A DNA stretch of 64,000 nucleotides from Octopus sinensis (lineage: Eukaryota). The stretch is from contig NC_043016.1 of assembly GCF_006345805.1 (NCBI RefSeq), positions 8,308,001-8,372,000 of the forward strand, given 5' to 3'. A model generated the notes under the pieces. The model ran no database searches. It had not been told where the DNA came from and was given only the letters and a program-made list of their open reading frames with translations. Positions 24,787-37,225 of the stretch are shown in pieces (positions within the stretch are counted from its first letter, which is position 1; every line of letters starts with the position of its first letter). The translations under genes were made by a program, and so were the position numbers.

Positions 24787-26077
24787 TAGTTACTTAATCA
24801 ATCAACTGGAAAGAGAAACAAAAAAAAAATAAAAATAAAAAAGCGAAACTGAACTTTTGCTGAAGTTACATTTTAGTGTGACAGAGAGAGGAGATGTTGG
24901 GGGTACTGTCAACTTCAAGAGTACACTATTGTCTGAATAACAGGTGATGGTCACGACTGGAAGAAATTTGATCATTGGTTTGTTTGATCTGAGGCCAGAG
25001 CAGGATACCACCGCCATCACCACCACCACACCACCATCTCTACACAACAACAACAACAAGGTGGCCCACTTACCCCGAAACAAAATAATACATTAGATGC
25101 ATTCAAAGGTGGTGGTGGCGGTGGTGGTGGCGGTGGTGGGGAGGAAGGGGGTGGTGGTGTTAGATGTATGCCGTAGAAAGAAAGCGAAGGTTATGTAGCA
25201 AATAAGACAGGTGATTGTAGTTACACAGTCACAGATTGGGGGGTGGGGTATGATGCAGGTGGGGGTGGAGGATCGGAGTGAAGGGTGGAGTGAACGCAGG
25301 TGAGAATTTGTGTTAAAGAATCTTGGGTGGGAGGAGAATAACGGTCTGCTATTTGGGTCATGCAGGTGCGGTTAACAGCCATCTGAGTTGGAACACTACC
25401 AGAAAGTGTAGCTAATCAAAGCTGCTAATGAGGGAGAGAGAGAGAGAGAACTCAATCCATAATTAAAGGTATATTATAATTAATAAACATTACTGTCTTA
25501 CAGTACACAGGTGAAAATAACAACATATGGACAAGACATTAGGCTTTCAGTAACGGAGAGATAACTAAGCACAATAAGAAGGTTGTTGCAGCAGCAGCAG
25601 CAGTAGTAGTAGTACACACACACAAACATGAAGGGCTTACACAATTTCAGTTAACTAACTTCCACTCCCAAGTTATTGGTCAGTTCAAGGCTATGGTAGA
25701 ACATTCTCGTTCAACGTACTGTGCTGTGAGATTGAACCAAGAACTATGAGGTTGCAAAGCAAATTTTGTCTGACATGCTACCAATTCTGTCAACATAAGT
25801 AATAATAATAATAATAATAATAATGATAATAATAATGATAATGATGATGATGATTTCAAATTTTGGCACAAGGCCAGCAATTTAGGGAGAGGGGTAAGTC
25901 AATTACTTTAGTTCCAGTGTTAAAGTGGTACTTATTTTACCAACCCCGAAAAGATGAAAGGCAGAGTCAACCCTGACGATATTTGAACTCAGAATGTGGA
26001 AACAGATGAAATGTTACTAAGCATTTTGCCTGGCATGTTAACGATTCTGCCAGCTCACTGCCATAATGATGATGATG

Positions 26078-26124
<47 letters not shown>

Positions 26125-26125
<1 letters not shown>

Positions 26126-26613
26126 CTATAAAACACGGGCTACAGCAAATATTCTGCTCAATACCACAGATTTGCTTGTCAGTTGCTTGACTTTAAACCA
26201 GTTGAGTTTGTCCCTTATTGGCTGACGATATGTGCATCTCTGACCACGAGCAGAACTATTGGGGGGAGCATGATAGCCATGTGTTGAGAGGGATTCTTGC
26301 AGGTTTGGACAATTCACCTTTGGAAACATGGGTGGTTCGTTCAACATCCTTAAACAATCCTTATTCAGGGACCTTTTGAGCAGGGTGGGCTACTTGACCT
26401 GAAGAAAATTCTAACTGGGCCCCCACCTACAAGGTCATGCGCTATTTATCTTGATACGAAATCACCATGTCATGCACATATAGTTGTGATGCATGTGACT
26501 GGTGTACCCTTATCAGACGGGTAGTCGTGATGGCTATACTGGGCTTCGTATATTTTACCCCAGTGACACTTTGATGACATGCACTGCTCTCTCACTCAAT
26601 AATAATAATAATA
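26125..26613 (+). mobile_element. ~470-bp non-coding interspersed element embedded in (AAT)n
   Basis: (AAT)n on both sides; inverted copy at 47065-47485 also abuts (ATT)n. Confidence 0.75.
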
Positions 26614-27235
26614 AAATCCTCATAGTGAAACAGATTTCAAATTCAAAAACCAAAATACTAAATTACCAGAGTCAGATTCCTTTAACAGACGTCACAGAGA
26701 TGTAGCAACTAGGATAAGAGAACAAATAAACCGTTTTAGAAAAGCTAATGTGTGAAAATTTTTTTCCCCTTATTTTAGGCTAAGACTCAAATTTGAAGCA
26801 GGAAACTCCACAGAAGAATCCTTCGAAATAAATATGAATCGGTTATAATAATATAATATACAACATAGCAAAGTTTTGAATTAAAATACACTTAATTTTA
26901 CATACATACACACACGTATGTGTGCATACATTGCCATGCATACATTGTTTGTCCATATGTGTTGCTTTGTTTTCCAAATATGTGGTACCAGGTTCAGTTC
27001 CATTGCATGACATTTTTGGGCAAGCGTCTTCTACTATATTTTCCTGTGTGATCTAAGCCTTGTGAGTGGAATTGGTAGATGGAAACTGAAAGAAATTCAT
27101 AGTGTGTGCACATGTACTTTTGTATGTCAACATTGCATATTTGCTATGAATGAATGTTACCGTGATACAAGTGATTTTTGAATGAGAGAGAAAAAAAAAA
27201 GAATGAAATGATAGAAAAAAAAGCCCCAAAACATA

Positions 27236-27391
27236 AATGTGGCTGTGTGGTAAGTAGCTTGCTTACCAACCACATGGTTCCAGGTTCAGTCCCACTGTGT
27301 GGCATCTTGGGCAAGTGTCTTCTGCTATAGCCCCGGGCCGACCAATGCCTTGTGAGTGGATTTGGTAGACGGAAACTGAAAGAAGCCTGTC

Positions 27392-27447
<56 letters not shown>

Positions 27448-27652
27448 GTTTGTCCTCCTAGCATTGCTTGACAACCGATGCTGGTGTGTTTACGTCCCCG
27501 TCACTTAGCGGTTCGGCAAAAGAGACCGATAGAATAAGTACTGGGCTTACAAAGAATAAGTCCCGGGGTCGATTTGCTCGACTAAAGGCGGTGCTCCAGC
27601 ATGGCCGCAGTCAACTGACTGAAACAAATAAAAGAGTAAAAGAGTAAAAGAG
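27236..27652 (+). mobile_element. SINE family A
   Basis: Matches the family A consensus with (GTAAAAGA)n tail. Confidence 0.9.
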
Positions 27653-28209
27653 AGTTAAATTTGACTGGCGGGAACTGAACTCAGAATGCTGACAGCTGGA
27701 ATAAAATACTTCAATACAAATCATTACAATATCTGAAGGTCTAACAATCTTGCCAATGTGAAGACATAAATGATTGAATTATAAGCTATTATCTCATTTG
27801 CTTATATCTCCTTAGTAGTTATTACGCCAATAAAACTTTAACATTGCCAACAGTATTGTCGTTTTTATTAGCAGAAGTGAATTGAAAAATGTTTTAATTA
27901 TTTAAACAATTGCTACAATTGTTCTGTTAAATTTCAAATGGAATGAATAAACTTAATTTATCCAAGAAATATCAATGAATAACTACAAATGTACAGTGTA
28001 TTTTCAGAAGAATTTTGTGAATGTAGGAAGTTTCTATATAAGGTATCATTGACCAGCTAGAGATAGCAGCTAAATCTTTTTCAAATCATATTCTACAATC
28101 TTAAAAGCAAAAGAAAGGCACCTTTAACATTATTGGAAAAATCATAATGAGTATGGCTTTTTCATGTATTTATTATTATCATTTTTTTTTTTAATGGTTT
28201 AGCTAGAGA

Positions 28210-28500
28210 AGGCACATGGCTCAGTGGTTAGAGTATTGGGCTCACAATCATGAGGTAATGAGTTCAATTCTCAGACCAGGTCGTATGTTCCCATCTTGAG
28301 CAAGACACTTTATTTCACGTTGCTTCAGCTCACTCAGCAGTAGAAATGAGTTGTGATGTTACTGGCACCAAGCTGTATCAGCCTTTCCCTTGATAACATT
28401 AATGACATAGGAAGAGGAGGCTTGTATGCATGGGTGACTGCTGGTCTTCCATAATCTTGCCTGGACTTGTGCCTTGGTGGGGAACTTTCTAGGTGCAATT
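28210..28500 (+). mobile_element. SINE family D
   Basis: tRNA-like head TGGCTCAGTGG...GAGTTCAATTC followed by CTTGAGCAAGACACTT core. Confidence 0.7.
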
Positions 28501-29414
28501 CCATGGTGACTCATGATCAAAGGAAAGGCAGTATTCTTGGGCTTGAAAGACCCGATACATATTTGGTCACATTCAGCCTACAAGAAACAGCAGCCAAATC
28601 TACCATTTTTTTTTTTTTTTTTAGAAAAGGGAAGGACATCACATATATTGGGACTGAGAAAAAGAAAAAAATATGAAGTCGTAGCTGGGACGGCCTTGGT
28701 CAGAAGTTTGCTTAACAGAGAACTACCAAATCCACACACAAGTTTTTGGCTGGCTTGGGGCTACAGTAGAAGACACTTGACCACGGTGTCATGCGGTAAG
28801 GCTGAACACCAAGACACTTTGGCTAGTGAATAGCCTAAAGAGAAATACACTGCAAAACATTAGTTTTTGAGTAGCTGATACACTGCTAGATGGAGACAAA
28901 TAACGAAATAAAGATGAAATGATCCAATGTATTAATTGGAATCTGGCTAATTCCATATTTCTATTAACCCTATTGCTAATTTCCGATATTAATTATTATT
29001 GACATATTATTAATAACTAATAATTATTTAAATATTATGCCCTTGTGGTGAGAGAATGACAAAATTTAAAGCTTGGATGAGTTCTAACGATTTTTTATGT
29101 TTGTACAGCATTATTGCATGTGGCCAATAATTATACCTGGTGGTTGTTGTGGAATTATTAACAGTGAAATAAATTATAGCCTTTTTTATATATATGTATT
29201 TTTATATTTTTTTTACTTGTTTCAGTCATTGATTTGCAGCCATGTTGGGGCACTGCCTTGGTGGATTCAGTCAAACAAATTAGCCTGGTACTTATTTTAT
29301 CAGTCGCTTTTGCTGAATCTCTAAGTTACAGACCAGTAAACAAGCCAATACTAATTGTCAATTTATGGCAGAGGCGGGGGGGGGGGGGCTGTATAAACAC
29401 ACAAAAAAAAAAGA

Positions 29415-29779
29415 TTAGATATGGTTATAGAGGAAAAGAAATAAACGGTGCAAGACCATAGATTCTGCAATTCCCTTTGGTACCAAATGAACTGGAAAAA
29501 CTTGAGAAATACCAGGACCGCCCTAGCCGGAGAGCTGAGGAAACTGTGGAAGACCAAGACAACATTTACACCTGTAGTAATAGGTGGACTTGTCACCAAA
29601 ACCCAAAACAACTGAAAGAAATTGGAATGGAAACTTGCATTATCAACATTCAGGAAGGCAGTAGTACCATGCTTTATTTTGCAAGAAACCAAAAACAGAT
29701 TCTTCATATTTGAAGAGACGTGTTATTGCCAAACTTTAAGATAATATACCTACTAACTAAATTAGAATGCATTAGCAAG

Positions 29780-29820
<41 letters not shown>
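29415..29820 (+). mobile_element. R4/Dong-like non-LTR 3' remnant (restriction-like endonuclease domain) ending in (TAA)n
   Basis: Across frameshifts: DMVIEEKK-KRCKTIDSAIP...EKLEKYQD-LAGELRKLWKTKTTFTPVVIGG, matching the REL PD..D..KxxKY pattern. (TAA)n at ~29783-29820. Confidence 0.75.
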
Positions 29821-29821
<1 letters not shown>

Positions 29822-30309
29822 GTTTCAAATTTTGGCGTGGATCAGTTGTTTTTGAGGAAAGGGGAGTTGATTATATTGACCCCAAGAACTTGACTAGTAT
29901 TTCTTTAAGTGAACCTCTGGTGGAATTTGAACTCAGAACATAAAGATGGAGAGATGCTGTTAAGCATATTGTCTGGCATGCTAAAAATACTTATTTCTTT
30001 ATTGTCCACAAGGGGCTAAACACAGAGAGGACAAACAAGGACAGACAAACGGATTAAGTTGATTACATCGACCCCAGTGTGTAACTGGTACTTAATTTAT
30101 TGACCCCAAAAAGAAGAAAGGCAAAGTTGACCTCGGCAGAATTTGAACTCAGAACGTATGGCAGAAGAAACACTGCTAAGTATTTCGCCCGGCGTGCTAA
30201 TGATTCTGCCAGCTCTCCGCCTTCGGCATGCTAATAGTACTGCCAGCTTGCTGCCTTTATAATAACAACAATAATAATAATTCTATTATCATGTGTTGGG
30301 TTTCATAGA

Positions 30310-30912
30310 GGCAATGACAAATGACCGAGACATTTGGCAATATGCCTGTGCTTGAGAAGAAGACCCATCAAGCCAAGTGAAATCATGGTCATGGCAGATA
30401 CTGGTGTCATGCATAAAAGCACTCAGGTATTATGTAAAGTGGTTGGTGTTAGGAAAGAGCATCTACCCATAGAAACGATGCCGAAACAGACCGGCACCTG
30501 GCGCAGCTCCGTAGCTTGCCAGCCCTGGTCAAACCGTCCAACCCATGCCAGCCAGCATGGACATGTCTTGCAAACAACTTGCACATGCAAGTGCTACCAG
30601 TCGAGAACTCCGCATACTGGAAGCCAGCAAGTGTATGGGGTCATCAGGAGAGAATGAGCACCGTTTCAGGGCCTACCTCTCGACAGCATCAATGCACACC
30701 GGCACCCCGCTTCACTGATATGAGGCCCCACTTGCTAGATCAACTGGTTATTAAATAAAGCTCACTATTTCTCAAGCCATTGCTCATCGTCTCTTTTTAA
30801 CCAAATTCAGTGGCTAACCTTCTCCACTGTAGTATGGATATCGGTCATGGTAGTATTGACTTTACGATGAGTTAGGCCTAATGACAATGGACATTAAATG
30901 ATGATGATGATT
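30310..30912 (+). mobile_element. Diverged RTE 3'UTR fragment interrupted by a 323-bp insert
   Basis: The tail CCCATGCCAGC...ATGGACATTAAATGATGATG is split at 30564-30886. Confidence 0.7.
30564..30886. mobile_element. Candidate solo LTR
   Basis: TGTC...GACA termini, internal AATAAA, and ATGGACA on both sides. Confidence 0.45.
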
Positions 30913-33522
30913 ATAAGGCCTGAAATTTTGTGGTGGGGGCTAGTCAATTTACATTGAACCCGGTGCTCAACTGGTACTTATTTCATTGACCCCGAAAGGA
31001 GGAAAGGCAAAGTTGACCTCAGCAGAATTTGAACTCAGAATGTAAAGACAGATGAAATACTACTGCTGCACTGTGCCTTATCTATTGAGGCCAAAAGAAT
31101 GAAAGGTAAAATTAACTGTGGCAGGATTTAAACTCAGAGCTTAGAGAACTTGGATGAACAGTACAAGACATTCCAGCTGACACTTTAATGATTCCTTCTA
31201 ATTCACTGCCTAGTTGACAGTCCAGTACTTTTTACATCTTACAGCCATTTTGTCTTATTATTAAATGATATCGCCCCTCCCACCACTACCATTTGCATCA
31301 AATTCTTCCTCAGGGAGAACTAGAATTACAGAATGTTATTGCCTGCAGCACCACTAAATTTTAAGTTTTCATTGTCTACGATAAAGAGGATTTGGATAAA
31401 AATCCACACAGATTAAAAAAGGGAAGAAAGAAAGAAAAATCAAATAAAATTCCCAGTTCTCTTCAAATTTCTTCAGCAAATATATAGTTAAATATGAGTC
31501 TTGGTATTTAATTTCTAGTTGCACAGGCACAACCACTACAACCATCGAGTCTACTTGGATGAGCTCTACAAGAGGGAGGAGGGAGAGCTGTACTGATGTT
31601 TGTAGTCGTGACTCTACTGCTTTGGTTATGGGGAACCAGAGGGCTCTATGGTCATAGCAATATGTTCATAACAATACAGACACGAATCCAAGCATGGGGA
31701 AGGGAAATAAAAAAAAACTACAAGAACGCCTTCATCATAAACTTGCTCGTCAGGAGAACCACCACATGACTGTGGCAGAATTTATTCTCATGGTGTTGAC
31801 TGGAATAGTCGTCAACCTTAAAAATACTGAACGTACTCGTAATACCTTTTTTTTTACTATCCACAAGGGGCTGCACACAGAGGGGACAAACAAGGACCAG
31901 AGAAACGGATTGAGTCGATTATATCAACTCCAGTGCGTAACTGGTACTTATTTAATTGACTCCAAAAGGATGAAAGGCAAAGTCGACCTCGGCAGAATTT
32001 GAACTCAGAACGTAACGGCAGATGAAATACTGCTAAGCATTTCGCCCGGCGTGCTAACGTTTCTGCCAGTTCGCCGCCTTATGTACTCCTAATACCACGA
32101 TACAATGTAAGGTGTTTTCAGTCTGTACATGTCAAGTGTTTTTTAATAAATGAATGACTTTTATTTCTTTGTCTTTGCTTATGAAATTGAATAAAAGGTT
32201 CTCTTTTCACATGTGTGATGCCATCAAATATAAATTGTGTACTAGTCATGTTTTGTCAGTCAGTAACTGATTTTAAGTATTTTCACTTTATTACTTTAAT
32301 TGTTTTTAAATATTTAAATAAAATGCGACATTTTTTTTTTCCCAGTAATTCTTTTTTTTTTATCCTAGATAAAATTGACTTTTTCCTCCATAAACAACAT
32401 ACACATAGCTTTACAGTAGTACTTAACCTTTAACTTTGCAATCGTAGCTACACAGACGTAGTCCTGTAGACATACATTGAAACAGCAACAAGATATGGTC
32501 AATAATCATGTTATGGCCACAACTTCCATGGCCAGTCATAGGTATGTAGCCATAGCTGCTGCGACACCGCCCTTCGGTCGTAGTACTACACATAGTCACA
32601 CGGCTGTAGACACAGGCAGCTCTATGATTGTAGCTCTACGATCACAGCTCCACTGACGTAACAAGTCCATTTGGGTTGAAGGAACATTGCAGTTTAATGA
32701 ACTACAAGCAGCTGTGAACTCCGGCCTCTCGAGTTTTATGGACTCCAACCAATAACTTTAAAAACAGCCATTGTAATTAAATCATCGGTAGGAGGAAAAT
32801 CTAATTTGAAGAGAGGATGGAGTACGGTGGGTTTGGGTTAGGCCAACGGAAATAATAATAAAAAAGAAAGTGTCACGAAATGTGAAATCTTGATTCAAAG
32901 CTTCTGTGGCTGTCTGTAATTGAGTTTGCGTGTGTATGCATTTTCGTATATGTGTGTTTTACTAATCAGGTCAATGTGTTTTTACCATTGCCAACAAGTC
33001 TTTATAAATCGATTGAAAAAGTTGTCTCCCTTGACATCCCACCTATTAACTAAAATAATGACAGCCGCCATTTTTTTCTCCCCTCTCAACCCTTCTCCAC
33101 CTCATCACTCATCAGGTCTTAACATAGTCCTGACATTTATACAGTGAAATCAATACTCTCGGTATTTTATTTGTTTACCTGTTTTTATGTTGTATCTTTT
33201 CTTTTTCTTTCTTTTTTTTTTGCTTGTTCAACAGAATATTAAAAAAAAATGTAAAAATAAAATAAATAAAATAAAAAGTACAAAAAAACGACAAAAGGCT
33301 CTGAACAGATGTTAAATGTAAGACTTGGGGGTAGTGATTGTCATTACAGCTCAACGAAACTTCCTAGAAATATAACATTGGGGGGATTAACCTTTCATCT
33401 CTCTACTTTAGCATACCTTGTAAGTTTCTATAACCCCATTCAAAGACAACGTGAATGGAAATAATCAAATAACACCAATCCATTTAAACCCTAACAAGCA
33501 ACCTATGCCTACCTTACCTATT

Positions 33523-34097
33523 TCTTTACTACCCACAAGGGGTTAAAACACAGAGGAGACAAACAAGGACAGACAAACGGATTAAGTCGATTACATCGAC
33601 CCCAGTGCGTAACTGGTACTTGTTTAATCGACCCCAAAAGGATGAAGGGCAAAGTCGACCTTGGCAGAATTTGAACTCAGAACACAGCTGCAGACAAAAT
33701 ACCTATTTCTTTACTACCCACAAGGGGCTAAACACAGAGAGGACAAACAAGGACAGACAAACAGATTAAGTCGATTATATCAACCTCAGTGCGCAACTGG
33801 TACTTATTTAATCGACCCCGAAAGGATGAAAGGCAAAGTCGACTTCGGTGGAATTTGAACTCAGAACGCAGAGGCAGACGAAATACCTATTTCTTTACTA
33901 CCCACAAGGGGCTAAACACAGAGAGGACAAACAAGGACAGACAAACGGATTAAGTCGATTATATCAACCTCAGTGCGCAACTGGTACTTATTTAATCGAC
34001 CCCGAAAGGATGAAAGGCAAAGCGACTTCGGTGGAATTTGAACTCAGAACGCTGAGCATTTCGCCTGGCGTGCTAACGTTTCTGCCAGCTCGCTGCC
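33523..34097 (-). mobile_element. Head-to-tail trimer of SINE family B
   Basis: Three ~185-bp units joined at GAAATAGGTATTT. Confidence 0.9.
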
Positions 34098-34283
34098 CTA
34101 ACCTCCCACCTTTGAACAACGGAGCTAATAATTCATAACATCAGCAAATATTCTTGACCTTATGTGACATGCGAATTCTCCAAGATAGGCTGACTACTTA
34201 AAAACTTCGTCCGTCTTCCATTACTTGCATTTTGAAGCTTCCAAAACACATTGCACATTCCCCCATTAAGTCTTAACGAAAGA

Positions 34284-34318
<35 letters not shown>

Positions 34319-34647
34319 ATTAACTAATGCGTGCCCCAGGGGGTTCGGTTATGTCCTGTCCCCTCTTTTCCCCAATACATTAATGATCAGTCAACGTGTT
34401 GTTAACTCCCTTTGACAAAGTCTCTTTTTTACAGATGTTAATTTTAACAGCCTATATATATGTATGTGTGTATATATGTGTATATATATATATATATATA
34501 TACACATATATATATACATATATATATGTATATATATACACATATATATATACATATATATATGTATATATATATACACATACATACATACATATATTTA
34601 TATATATATGTTATATATATATATACACATACATACATACATATATT

Positions 34648-34681
<34 letters not shown>

Positions 34682-35282
34682 TACATACATACATATATTT
34701 ATATATATATGTATATATATATATACACATACATACATACATATATATGTATATATATATAACACATCATATCTATAAAAGGCATGATGTGTGTGTGTAC
34801 GTGATTGTAATTTATGCACATCCACAAATTAGCACACATGTCGCTCAAATTTTAGGAGGACATTCGTCAACATCCTATCTGTGTTTTGTCAACTTATTTT
34901 TTTCCCCGAAGCACCCGCGGATAGCGTAAAATTCTCTGGCAATGATCACGCTCGGATTAGCACAAAAAAATCCTACTATACTTTTATAATTAAATATTAG
35001 GAATTGTATACAAAAATTGTTAAGATATTTTATGTGTTGCTGAAGTCTAACTAACTTATAGTACATAAATTTCAACAATAAAATCTCATATGCCCCCCCC
35101 TCCCCGCCAAAGTTCATGTGGACCCCTATCAAGAAGCACTGCGCCATATTTTCACACAACCTCCCAAATCTTCCTTAAATCATATCCCACCAATCCTAGA
35201 AAAGGACAACAACAATTTGATCATATATACTTTGCATATAAGGTACAAGCAGCTGGGATGGTCACAACCGAAGTGCCTTTAA

Positions 35283-35506
35283 CCCTTCAGCATTCAGATT
35301 ACTCTGTCAAATATGATGCTTATTTATTCACATTATTTTGAATTAATTGTACATTTATCTTGAAAGTCTGAGATTTCAATGATGGGATTGCTTATTTTTA
35401 GAATGGCATTATAGGATAGGTATGAGAGACCTGATCTGACCAGTTTGAACATAAAAACTAGGTAGTATATTTCGGCAGGGTATGACCAGTTTAAATGCAA
35501 AAGGGT
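35283..35506 (+). mobile_element. TTAA-CCCTT MITE, second family
   Basis: TTAA|CCCTTCAGCATTC...TTTAAATGCAAAAGGGT. A fragment of the same family lies at ~4615-4685. Confidence 0.7.
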
Positions 35507-36061
35507 CCGATGATAAAAGGGTTCAATGGTAAAAGGGCTCAATGGTAAAAAGGTTTGATGGTATAAGGGTTCAATGGTAAAAGGGTTCGATGGTAAAAGG
35601 GCTCGATGGTAAAAGGGTTTGATGGTAAAAGGGTTCGATGGTAAAAGGGCTCGATGGTAAAAGGGCTCGATGGTAAAAGGGCTCGATGGTAAAAGGGTTC
35701 GATGGTACAAGGGCTCGATAGTAAAAGGGCTCGATGGTAAAAGCGTTCGATGATAAAAGGGCTTGATGGCATGACCAGTTTAAATGCAAAAGGGTTCGAT
35801 AGTAAAAGGGTTTGATGGTAAAAGGGTTCAATGGTAAAAGGGCTCGATGGTAAAAGGGTTTGATGGTAAAAGGGTTCGATGGTACAAGGGCTCGATAGTA
35901 AAAGGGCTCGATGGTAAGAGCGTTCGATGATAAAAGGGCTTGATGGCATGACCAGTTTAAATGCAAAAGGGTTCGATAGTAAAAGAGTTTGATGGTAAAA
36001 GGGTTTGATGGTACAAGGGTTCGATGGTACAAGGGTTCGATGGTAAAAGGGCTCGATGGTA
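35495..36061. repeat. 15-bp minisatellite (GATGGTAAAAGGGYTC-like) with a 177-bp higher-order unit
   Basis: About 35 units. The MITE-end block ATGACCAGTTTAAATGCAAAAGGG recurs at 35482, 35771 and 35948. Confidence 0.9.
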
Positions 36062-36217
36062 TTTTTGCTCAGCTGTGGCTGACTTCAGGCTAAACAGCAA
36101 CAATAGTAAGTAGATCTAGGCAAGAGTACAAAATTGAATTTTTGACCAGCTCGATTAGCTTATTTCTATATCAGACATTGTACATGCTTTTCATAACTGG
36201 AAACGCAAGGCATAACA

Positions 36218-36730
36218 TCTATATATATAAAACTGTAGTTGTGTGAGTGTCTGTCTCCTTCGATTTAGATTCCTAACTACTCCCACATTTTGCGGTGCAG
36301 TTTAACCAAATTCGGGTATCTTATAGTCGTGATTCATATCAAGCCCGTCTGGCTATTAGCGCACGTCTACGATGAGTCTACGATTTTAAAAATAATTTAA
36401 CATCATTTTTTATTCCATTTTAATGCATAACTTTTCGTGTGTCGATGGCGGCGGAGTTGGCGTCCATGGTCACCCCTGCACCTGTTTGCTTCTCCCCCTT
36501 CTTCCCTCCCTTGTGAAGCTGTGGGGAAGGAAGTGTAAGGAAATCAAAGTCGTAAAGCGTTGTCAAGGAGACCAGCGTTCTTTTAGAACAACGACTTCAT
36601 GGCTTGAAGACACCAAAACAGAAATGGCTAAGAAAGCCCGAATTGGCATCTATAAGGGAAGTAACTCTCTAAAAATGCTTATATAGTTATTTCCCTTACA
36701 AACCCGAGCAACGCCGGGCGATACTGCTAG
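36218..36730 (+). mobile_element. Non-autonomous Helitron-type element
   Basis: A|TC...CCCGAGCAACGCCGGG hairpin...CTAG|T, no TSD. Confidence 0.85.
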
Positions 36731-36939
36731 TTGTATATAAAAAATTATTTAAAAAAATTGCTGTGGAGTGGAGCTGCATTTCTTCTTTTTCTTTCTTTTT
36801 TTAAAAAAAAATAAAATAAAAGTGAAAACTGACTTAGATGTAAACTCTTCAAATGACATGAAGCTATTTATATTTCATAACACTCGTTAAAGGAATTACT
36901 GAAGAACAAAGACAACTAAGATATATGCCAGGATTTAAA

Positions 36940-37225
36940 GCTAATGATGATGAGGATGATGATGATGATGGTTGATGATGGCTGATGATGCTGATGATGA
37001 TGATGATGATGATGATGGCTGATAATGATGATGATGATGATGGCTGATGATGATGGCTGATGATGATGATGATGATGATGGCTGATGATGATGAGGATGA
37101 TGATGGCTGATGATGATGATGATGGCTGATGATGATGATGATGGCTGATGATGATGATGATGGCTGATGATGATGAGGATGATGATAGCTGATGATGATG
37201 ATGATGATGGCTGATGATGATGGCA
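36940..37225. repeat. (GAT)n microsatellite with recurrent GGCT interruptions
   Basis: Seen directly. Confidence 0.95.

Noticed and set aside
35333-36032. PFTIEPFYH-repeat ORFs
   Set aside because: They are translations of the 15-bp minisatellite, open in several frames.
36073-36105. Possible 33-nt microexon (TCAG|...AATA|GTAAGT; VADFRLNSNN)
   Set aside because: The polypyrimidine tract is very short, the upstream sequence is minisatellite, and such site pairs are expected by chance in 64 kb.
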